Shown here piece by piece: positions 57,080 through 64,000 of a DNA stretch of 64,000 bases. The DNA lies in contig CAZRTJ010000005.1 of the NCBI GenBank assembly GCA_964602985.1, positions 73,198 to 137,197 on the forward strand, given 5' to 3'. The translations under genes and the position numbers were made by a program. Origin of the DNA: an uncultured Bacteroidota bacterium. Its GTDB lineage: Bacteria; CLD3; SB21. The notes under the pieces were generated by a model. It did no database searches. It saw only the letters and a list, made by a program, of their open reading frames with translations, and was not told the DNA's origin. Every line of letters begins with the position of its first letter. Position 1 is the stretch's first letter.

Positions 57080-58303
57080 TTACGCGGCGGTACGTTCCGC
57101 GATGCGATCGGTCGCCGAGAGCGCAGGTTCGGGCACGGCACGCCACACCAGCACGCCCATCAGAAGCACGAAGAAACTGCCCAGTACGGTATTCCCGAAA
57201 AATCCGAGATTGGAATAGACGAGTCCGGCGAATGCACCGCCCAATCCCATTCCAACCTGGCCGAGAGCGATGGTCAGGCTCAGGAAGGCGCCGCGTTGTT
57301 TGGCCGGTACGATTTCTGAAACCAGTGACTGCAATGGACTGATACGCATGGCCACCATCGACATCATCCCGACGAACAGGATGTATGCCTCCCAGAAATG
57401 TGTCAGCACAAACGTGGTGGCAATCATGAGCATTGCCAGACCCAGACAGGAAATCACGATCATCTTGCGTCGCCCGATCCGGTCCGATAACGAACCGGCA
57501 TTCGGCCCGGTGATCACGGAGGCGATTCCGCCGATAAGAAATAGCGATGCGATCTCCGTGCCCCTGAGTTGAAATGTCTCCGTCAGCCACGTCGGCAGGT
57601 AGACGACATACATGGAAAAGCTTAGAAACATCAAACCGTAGACCGCGGCGGTCGCCGCCGTGGTGCGGTTTCGGATCAACTCGACAAAGGACTTGCCGAC
57701 GTGCGCAAGGGTCCATCGGCCGTCGTGGCGTGGGACATTCGGCTGTGGCACGCATCGCCAGATCAGCATGAAGGCCGCCGCCATGGTCACGGCAAAGAAT
57801 GAAAATGGCCCCCTCACTCCGAGCCATCCGGCGAGAATCGTGCCCGTGGGGATTCCCAGAATCTGACCCGCAGAAATTCCCGTTGCGATCCAGCCGTTGG
57901 CCCAGCCTCTTCGTTCGTACGGGAAATAGTCTCCCACGTAGGAGACCGACGCGCCGCTGAGCATCCCGCCGGCCATGCCTGCCGCCGCACGTACGACCAG
58001 CATGGAATAGTAGTCGACGGCCAGATTATGCAGAGCGAGCGACAACGCCATCGAGCCTGTACCCAACAGAAGCACTCTCCTCCGCCCGATGCGATCGCTG
58101 ATCGGCCCCATGATCACCGCAAAAACCGCTAAGGCCACCGCGTATGCGGTCACCAGGGTGCCTTGGAGATTTTCCGGTATGTGTAATTGCCGCCCGATCT
58201 GCGGCAAAATCGGCGCGAGAATCATCAACTGACTGCTGGCGGAGAACATGAGCAGCCAGAGCGAGAGAAGAATCCAGATATCGTGTTTGCGGATGTTTTT
58301 CAA
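57080..58303 (-). CDS. MFS transporter (12 TM)
   Basis: Two 6-TM halves with the GPISDRIGRRRVLL and LSDRIGRRKMIV MFS loop motifs. Confidence 0.85.
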   Translation of the reverse strand: MKNIRKHDIWILLSLWLLMFSASSQLMILAPILPQIGRQLHIPENLQGTLVTAYAVALAVFAVIMGPISDRIGRRRVLLLGTGSMALSLALHNLAVDYYSMLVVRAAAGMAGGMLSGASVSYVGDYFPYERRGWANGWIATGISAGQILGIPTGTILAGWLGVRGPFSFFAVTMAAAFMLIWRCVPQPNVPRHDGRWTLAHVGKSFVELIRNRTTAATAAVYGLMFLSFSMYVVYLPTWLTETFQLRGTEIASLFLIGGIASVITGPNAGSLSDRIGRRKMIVISCLGLAMLMIATTFVLTHFWEAYILFVGMMSMVAMRISPLQSLVSEIVPAKQRGAFLSLTIALGQVGMGLGGAFAGLVYSNLGFFGNTVLGSFFVLLMGVLVWRAVPEPALSATDRIAERTAA

Positions 58304-58431
58304 ATGGGTTTTACTACGGGATTGCGTTCAATCAGTTTCACAAAAAACTCTGGCGAGGACAAATCCAGGACGAAAATGACACTTTCGGGTAAGCGGGACT
58401 CCTGGAACACCGCCCGAAACTCCGAACCCTG

Positions 58432-58498
58432 CCCTTACGCAGTTAGGTTCCTCAAAACAGCAATGGCTCTGTGAGCGTAAGGGAAGGGAAGGGAGGGG
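58432..58498 (+). other. 9-bp inverted repeat (CCCTTACGC...GCGTAAGGG) overlapping a canonical G-quadruplex motif GGGAAGGGAAGGGAGGGG in the purF/MFS divergent region
   Basis: Seen directly. Four G3+ tracts with 1-2-nt loops on the plus strand at 58481-58498, ~130 nt upstream of the purF ATG. Confidence 0.35.
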
Positions 58499-58625
58499 TT
58501 GCAGATGGAATTGCGTCTATCGACAATGGACTTGTGTGCGTGGGGACGGAGTTGCCCAAAACAAACAACTGCATTTGCACTCCCTGACTTTTTTTTATAG
58601 ATTCGGCGCAACTTGAAAGGACCTC

Positions 58626-60017
58626 ATGATCGACGAGATTCGCGAAGAGTGCGGTGTCTTTGGCATTTACGGCCATCCGGACGCCGCGAAATTGACCTAC
58701 CTGGGTTTGTATTCCCTTCAGCACCGCGGTCAAGAATCCACGGGTATCGTCTCCGCGGATGGCGAACATCTGCGACGGCATGTCGGTATGGGACTGGTCG
58801 GTGATGTGTACCGCGACCCGGCCATTTTGGAAAGTCTGACCGGTCCGATCGCGATCGGACACAATCGTTATTCCACGACAGGCGGGAGTTTCTTGCAGAA
58901 CGCTCAACCTCTTCACGCGATCATCAATACGGGAGAAATCGCCGCCGCGCACAACGGCAACCTCATCAATTATCCCGCGCTCCGCGATCGCCTTCAGAAG
59001 GAGGGCGCCATTCTGCAATCCACAAGCGACACGGAGGTGATTCTGCATCTGGCCGCACGCAGCGGCAAGACGGATGTGCGCGAGCAGATCGTGGCCGCCC
59101 TTCAACAAATCCGCGGCGCGTATTCTCTCGTCCTGATCACCAAGGACCGTCTTTTTGCGGCGCGCGATCCTCATGGAATTCGACCGCTTTGCATCGGGAC
59201 GCTGAATGGATCGTTTGTGATCGCCAGTGAGTCGTGTGCGCTCGATATCATCGGGGCGGAGTATGTGCGGGATCTCAAGCCTGGGGAATTGGTGACGGTC
59301 ACCCGGTCGGGCCTGCAGGCGGAGATGCTCTTTGCGGAAATGCCCAAACCGGCGCATTGTATTTTTGAATTTGTCTATTTTTCGCGACCCGACAGCAAAA
59401 TCTTCGGCGACAACGTGGACAAAGCGCGCAGGAAATTGGGCAAGAATCTCGCAGAGGAATTTCCCGTCGATGCCGACATCGTGATCGCGGTTCCCGACTC
59501 CAGCAACACTGCCGCCGTCGGGTATTCAAGGCGGACTGGAATCAAATTCGAACTCGGTCTGATCCGAAATCACTACGTAGGCAGGACCTTTATTAATCCC
59601 GTCCAGTCCTCACGCGATCACAAGGTGAAGTTGAAATTCAACGCCGTGGAAGGCGTCTTGCGGGATCGCAAAGTCGTTGTGATCGACGACTCGATCGTCC
59701 GCGGGACCACCCTGAAACCGCTCATTGCCATGATTCGAAAAGCCGGCGCCAAAGAGGTGCACGTACGAATCAGTTCGCCACCCGTGATCGCACCGTGTTA
59801 CTACGGGATGGACTTCCCGACGCGCGAGGAACTGATTGCCAATCGCATGGACAAGTACGCACTGTGCAAAGAAGTCGGAGCCGACAGTCTCGAATATCTC
59901 TCCATGGAGGGTATGCTGGCATCTGTCCCTCACGAACATCACGGATATTGCACCGCCTGCTTCAGCGGCCAATATCCTGTTGCCGTCGATGAAGAAAAGG
60001 ACAAATTGAAGTGCTGA
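58626..60017 (+). CDS. purF: Amidophosphoribosyltransferase
   Basis: N-terminal catalytic Cys (CGVFGI); PRPP-binding VVVIDDSIVRGTT; C-terminal Cys ligands for the [4Fe-4S] cluster. Confidence 0.95.
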   Translation: MIDEIREECGVFGIYGHPDAAKLTYLGLYSLQHRGQESTGIVSADGEHLRRHVGMGLVGDVYRDPAILESLTGPIAIGHNRYSTTGGSFLQNAQPLHAIINTGEIAAAHNGNLINYPALRDRLQKEGAILQSTSDTEVILHLAARSGKTDVREQIVAALQQIRGAYSLVLITKDRLFAARDPHGIRPLCIGTLNGSFVIASESCALDIIGAEYVRDLKPGELVTVTRSGLQAEMLFAEMPKPAHCIFEFVYFSRPDSKIFGDNVDKARRKLGKNLAEEFPVDADIVIAVPDSSNTAAVGYSRRTGIKFELGLIRNHYVGRTFINPVQSSRDHKVKLKFNAVEGVLRDRKVVVIDDSIVRGTTLKPLIAMIRKAGAKEVHVRISSPPVIAPCYYGMDFPTREELIANRMDKYALCKEVGADSLEYLSMEGMLASVPHEHHGYCTACFSGQYPVAVDEEKDKLKC

Positions 60018-60026
60018 GACACGAAG

Positions 60027-60050
60027 GACCCCGCCGGTAAGGGCGGGGTC
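60027..60050. terminator. GC-rich hairpin (GACCCCGCC-ggtaag-GGCGGGGTC) between convergent purF and lipoprotein genes
   Basis: Perfect 9-bp stem. There is no strong U-tract on either side, so termination efficiency is uncertain. Confidence 0.45.
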
Positions 60051-60071
60051 GTTGCGTGTGTCTGTCGTCCT

Positions 60072-60803
60072 CTAGGGTGTCACCGCGACAAGGTCCTCAA
60101 ATCCCTTTTCCCCTTTGGTTGCAATCGCCCGCACTAGTCCGACTCCCGGCGCGTAGATTTTGTGCTCTTCTATCCCAGGCTCGAGCGGATTGTATTCCAG
60201 CGTCATGAGACAGTTATTGAATGTACCGTATGGCACAGTGATGGTTTCCTGGAGGCTCAATACCTGAGCGACGTCTTCGGCCTCGCCTTCATAGTATTCC
60301 TGACGATACCACATACCGACCAGTGGCTGAGACAGAATGAGAATCCCCGGCAATGCGCCATCGATCCCCGATTCCCATGAGCCGGACGTGTTTGCCACCT
60401 CTCCATTCTTCATCTCGCGTGAATCTTCTCCAAAGTACCAGACGTTGCCGGACCGATCTTGTGCGTACCAGTCGAACGTGTCCTCGACCAGACTGCCCTC
60501 TTCGAATTCGCGGGCCTGGACCACCCGACACTGGACTCCCATGACGACACGAATGCTGTCGGTTACGCGTTCATGCACCTCGACGGCCCTTCCGCGTTCA
60601 TCCTCTCCGACATAGTTCCAACTTCGCCCGATAAGGATCGGAAAATAAGTCGTCCCGGTGATGGAATCCGCCGGCAAGAAATCGGCGGGGTCAATCGATA
60701 CAACGTAAGGCGAATTCCCGGGATTGGTCGGATTGGGATCATCTTCGCAGCCAGATACCACGAAGATCCCCCAAAGCGCCACTACGTGATGGATTCGAAA
60801 CAT
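60072..60803 (-). CDS. Hypothetical lipoprotein
   Basis: Lipobox VVSGC. I recognise no domain. Confidence 0.55.
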   Translation of the reverse strand: MFRIHHVVALWGIFVVSGCEDDPNPTNPGNSPYVVSIDPADFLPADSITGTTYFPILIGRSWNYVGEDERGRAVEVHERVTDSIRVVMGVQCRVVQAREFEEGSLVEDTFDWYAQDRSGNVWYFGEDSREMKNGEVANTSGSWESGIDGALPGILILSQPLVGMWYRQEYYEGEAEDVAQVLSLQETITVPYGTFNNCLMTLEYNPLEPGIEEHKIYAPGVGLVRAIATKGEKGFEDLVAVTP

Positions 60804-60853
60804 GATGTCCTCCTTTCGAAAATTGGGTTATCTGACTTCAACATAGCAGGAGA

Positions 60854-60873
60854 ACCTTAAACCTACCTTAAAC
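60854..60873 (+). promoter_or_regulatory. Tandem direct repeat ACCTTAAAC-nn-ACCTTAAAC with 11-bp periodicity upstream of the OmpR-family regulator
   Basis: Seen directly, ~100 nt upstream of the regulator ATG. OmpR/PhoB-type regulators bind direct repeats with ~11-bp spacing, so this could be an autoregulatory site. Confidence 0.25.
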
Positions 60874-60970
60874 GTCTGTTAATAGTCTTCAGGGTTGGAT
60901 TTACGCGTTGCCATTACCAGGATGGCTGAGGTATATTGAATCGTAATCGACATGACACGAGGAAGAACCA

Positions 60971-61651
60971 ATGAGAATTCTCGTCGTTGAAGACGATCAG
61001 CGCCTTGCCCAATTCCTCAAACATGGACTGACGCGGGATGGGTTTGCCGTCGATGTGTGCGGCGACGGCGAATCGGCAATGATTGAATTTGAGGTCAATT
61101 CGTATGACCTGCTGATTGTAGACTGGATTCTCCCGGGAATGGATGGCATTTCGATTTGCCGGGCGATTCGCTCAAGAGGATCCCATGTCCCGATCCTCTT
61201 TCTCACCGCTCAAGACTCCATTCAGGACAAGGTCGCGGGGCTGGAGTCAGGCGCCGATGATTATCTGACCAAACCTTTTTCGTTCATGGAACTGTCCGCC
61301 CGCCTTCAAGCCCTCTTGCGAAGACGACATGCGCCGATCGAGACATTGCGAATAGACGATCTTGAAATGAACGTACCGGAACGCAAGGTGACGCGCGGAG
61401 GTCGGAGAGTCGAATTGTCCAACAAAGAGTTTTCGATTTTGGAATTTCTCCTTCGCAATCGAAACCGTCTGATCACCCACGCCTCGCTGGCCAGCCACGT
61501 GTGGGAAGTCGACTTTGACTCCGGAACCAATCTGATCTACGTGTACGTTGCGCAACTTCGAAGCAAATTAGATTGCGGCTCACGACGTCCGTTGATTGTT
61601 ACCATCCGTGGGGCTGGATACATGTTGAAGGAGCCGGAGAACCAGCCATGA
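60971..61651 (+). CDS. OmpR-family winged-helix response regulator (CusR/CopR-like)
   Basis: Receiver domain (D-D...D, K) plus a C-terminal wHTH with YVYVAQLRSKLD and TIRGAGYML, typical of heavy-metal CusR/CopR regulators. Confidence 0.9.
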   Translation: MRILVVEDDQRLAQFLKHGLTRDGFAVDVCGDGESAMIEFEVNSYDLLIVDWILPGMDGISICRAIRSRGSHVPILFLTAQDSIQDKVAGLESGADDYLTKPFSFMELSARLQALLRRRHAPIETLRIDDLEMNVPERKVTRGGRRVELSNKEFSILEFLLRNRNRLITHASLASHVWEVDFDSGTNLIYVYVAQLRSKLDCGSRRPLIVTIRGAGYMLKEPENQP

Positions 61652-63795
61652 CCGATCTGCGCCGCGCCGCCTTCGTTGTCGCCTTCCTGGTCGGGACGGT
61701 TTCGCCCCTGTATTCGCAAGAAGGTCTGTTCAAGCTATCCCTCGAAGATCTGCTCAACGTAAATGTGAAGATTTCGACCGCACTCAAAAGCACGTCCACG
61801 CCGGAGGAAGCCCCCGCCGCCGTGTTCGTTCTGACCCGCGACGATCTGGATAACCTCGGAGTGTGGACCCTCGGGGAGGCGCTGAATTACGTTCCGGGAT
61901 TCACCGTCGGAAAATCAATTCAGAGCGGTCAACAAAAAAATATTTATGTGCGCGGTGAATTCGGCTCACTATCCGAGGGGATCCTGCTTCTGTACAATGG
62001 CCAGCGACTCAATGACGGCATCACGGGAGGGCCCATGGCCTTTCGACCCGACATCGCGTTAGACAACATCCGCCAGATCGAAGTCGTCCGCGGTCCGTCC
62101 AGTGGGCTTTACGGCGCCAATGCATTCGTTGCCGTAGTCAATTTGATCCCCTATCGCGGGTCGGACGTTCGATCGTCGGGGGTTTCGGCGCAGGCGGGCA
62201 CGCACGGCTTGGCGAACATTCGCGCCTCCCATCACGTGACCATTGGCCGTCGCGTCTCTGCCGTACTGTTCGGGAGTTTTCATCAACTGGACGAGGAACT
62301 GCGCCAGAACGACGTCGATCAGAACCTCTACGATTCCCTCGCCGCCCGATTCGTTCCCCGCTCGTGGACGGACCGTTTTAATCGTGAGCAGTTTCGCCTC
62401 CACACGTTGGGAACGTCCGTGAGCCTGGGAAGTATGGAAATCGAATCGGCGTACCAGTACTCATCGGCTGCCAATCACTGGGGAATGGGAACGGTGGAAC
62501 GATCCGCTCCGTTAGAAAACCGACACCGCTATTCCTCTTTCCGCGTCGGAGCACGAGGTTCCACGCCTGTATTCTCCCGCCATCGTCTGCATGTAATGGG
62601 TAGTTATGTACAGCATCGGGCAGAAAATGTTTTCAAAGTTGAGAATTTTCGATCCAATTTCGCCGAAGGGTTTGATCCGCCCGGTCGTGCCAGCATTTTT
62701 GAATCGGAACTCGGCACCTCGTCGTTCAACGCAGAAGGATTCGTCGAACTCATTTGGTCGCCCCGTCATGTGACCGTGTCCGGCGTCAACCTGCAGGCCG
62801 ACGTGATCAACAACGTAGACAACTCCACTTCCTTACTCGATGTGAACGGCGATGGGATTTACGACGCCGTGGCTACCGACGACACATTGGATACGCACCT
62901 CGGCCGTGACACCCGGCAGATCTCCGCCGCGTTCTTCCAGCACACGTGGACTCCATGGAAATGGATCACCTTGACGGGCGGAGCCCGGCTCGATCATTAC
63001 AGCGACGTCGGTAATTCGCTCAATCCGAGACTGGGATTCGTTGTCCGGCCGGCCGATCGATGGCGCGTCAAAGGAATGTACGGTCGTGCGTTTCGCGCGC
63101 CCTCGTTCTTTGAGAGAGTACAAAGTGACTTCACTGCGCTCACAGGTCGTCTGATCGAAAACTCCAGTTTGCGTCCCGAAACGATTGAAACGTACGAAAT
63201 TCAGGTTACCTTCTCACCAACCGACGTCCTCTCCTTCAGCGTCAATGGCTTCTACAATGACGTCCAGAACGCCATTCAGCAAGTGAGCATCGAACAGCCC
63301 GGAATTCCGACTCAGACAGGGTGGGAGAATTCCGTCAGTCGGGATTGGAAGGGATTCGAAATCGGGCTGCGATGGTCGCCGGCCCCTCCGCTTTCGATTC
63401 TCGGAAACTATTCGTACACGCAAACCACCGACGAACGCACGGCGGATATAGAATCCCCTGTCGCGGGGATACCCAGTCATGCGCTGAATCTCGCCCTGTG
63501 GGGAAAATGGCGACGCTTTCTTCTGGGAATGAGTATGATTTCCCGCTTTGGATGGAACGACGTTCCACCCCTCACCACGCCGGTTTTGGAGAATCCACGC
63601 ATTGACCTGCCCTCCTATACGCTGCTTCAGGCGCGCCTAGTCGTACGAGAAGTCTGGAACTCGCTCTCCCTCACGCTCGATGGCAGCAATCTGTTGAACC
63701 ACCGCGTCCTTTTCAACGACGGTGGCTCGGTGGTCCCGCAAGGGATCCCCGGGAATGCGCGTCGTTTCACTGTCGGACTGCATTACATGTTCTGA
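61648..63795 (+). CDS. TonB-dependent outer-membrane receptor
   Basis: Signal peptide, plug-domain motifs, 22-strand barrel length, terminal aromatic (YMF). ATGA overlap with the regulator stop. Confidence 0.85.
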   Translation: MTDLRRAAFVVAFLVGTVSPLYSQEGLFKLSLEDLLNVNVKISTALKSTSTPEEAPAAVFVLTRDDLDNLGVWTLGEALNYVPGFTVGKSIQSGQQKNIYVRGEFGSLSEGILLLYNGQRLNDGITGGPMAFRPDIALDNIRQIEVVRGPSSGLYGANAFVAVVNLIPYRGSDVRSSGVSAQAGTHGLANIRASHHVTIGRRVSAVLFGSFHQLDEELRQNDVDQNLYDSLAARFVPRSWTDRFNREQFRLHTLGTSVSLGSMEIESAYQYSSAANHWGMGTVERSAPLENRHRYSSFRVGARGSTPVFSRHRLHVMGSYVQHRAENVFKVENFRSNFAEGFDPPGRASIFESELGTSSFNAEGFVELIWSPRHVTVSGVNLQADVINNVDNSTSLLDVNGDGIYDAVATDDTLDTHLGRDTRQISAAFFQHTWTPWKWITLTGGARLDHYSDVGNSLNPRLGFVVRPADRWRVKGMYGRAFRAPSFFERVQSDFTALTGRLIENSSLRPETIETYEIQVTFSPTDVLSFSVNGFYNDVQNAIQQVSIEQPGIPTQTGWENSVSRDWKGFEIGLRWSPAPPLSILGNYSYTQTTDERTADIESPVAGIPSHALNLALWGKWRRFLLGMSMISRFGWNDVPPLTTPVLENPRIDLPSYTLLQARLVVREVWNSLSLTLDGSNLLNHRVLFNDGGSVVPQGIPGNARRFTVGLHYMF

Positions 63796-63796
63796 T

Positions 63797-64000
63797 ATGC
63801 GAGGCTCCTCGTCACATTCATGGGTTGTTCTGATTTTCTTCGGGTGGATGTTGCCGGATTCCCCGGCCCTCACGCAAAACTCCGATCGCGACTACGAGAT
63901 CTATCACATTCAGGCGGCCTTCATTTATAACTTTATCGACTACGTCACGTGGCCGGAATCGGTTCCGCGCCGACAGCACTTCAGGATCGGCATCCTGGGG
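63797..64000 (+). CDS. YfiR/DUF4154-family protein, N-terminal fragment (continues beyond the window)
   Basis: IQAAFIYNFIDYVTWPE...FRIGILG matches the DUF4154 core (AAFLYNFAKFVEWP...GVLG). It starts 2 nt after the TonB receptor stop. Confidence 0.45.
   Translation, partial: MRGSSSHSWVVLIFFGWMLPDSPALTQNSDRDYEIYHIQAAFIYNFIDYVTWPESVPRRQHFRIGILG

Noticed and set aside
55953-57827. 624-aa version of the HD-GYP response regulator
   Set aside because: The extra 274 N-terminal residues are Arg/Gly/His-rich read-through that overlaps the MFS transporter gene in another frame. The receiver domain begins cleanly at MKVLIIDD (start 57005).
1-64000. CRISPR arrays, tRNA/rRNA genes, integrases or transposases
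   Set aside because: None seen. There are no regularly spaced direct repeats outside the beta-helix coding repeats, and no tRNA-like cloverleaf candidates stood out. The only mobile-element trace is the DUF1016 remnant.

Overview
This is a high-GC bacterial chromosomal segment. A 2319-aa protein ends in a type IX secretion (T9SS) C-terminal sorting domain, so the organism most likely belongs to the FCB superphylum or a related uncultured lineage. I found no rRNA or tRNA genes, no CRISPR array and no intact mobile element; the one mobile-element trace is a truncated, low-GC DUF1016 nuclease remnant. Most genes are ordinary and densely packed: two thiolases, MoeZ/MoeB, adenosylhomocysteinase, a MetH fragment without its B12 domains, PurF, an FprA-like reductase, PhoH, an MFS transporter, an HD-GYP response regulator, and an OmpR-family regulator followed by a TonB-dependent receptor. 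Four things stand out. First, a ~9-kb, eight-gene operon (33.6-42.6 kb) encodes a sugar aminotransferase, a polyprenyl-phosphate GT2, two paralogous ~650-700-aa polytopic membrane proteins, a DUF1028 protein, a glycine-zipper peptide and a third large membrane protein. It looks like an Arn/Flm-type lipid-linked aminosugar transfer system of unusual composition, and is my best candidate for an undescribed system. Second, a non-canonical periplasmic nitrate reductase locus runs NapD, NapA, a membrane-anchored tandem-duplicated NapB, a tetrahaem lipoprotein, and an NrfC/NrfD-type quinol dehydrogenase module in place of NapC or NapGH. Third, a pair of multihaem c-type cytochromes includes a lipoprotein with a collagen-like G-X-Y stretch and CX3CH/CX4CH motifs. 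Fourth, there are an unusual number of secreted zinc peptidases (M1, M2/ACE-like, M28, M64, and an HExxH-TolB-Omp85 fusion), plus the giant T9SS beta-helix protein. All coordinates are from the ORF track, adjusted by my own reading of in-frame starts; there were no database searches, so every family assignment rests on motifs I recognise by eye.
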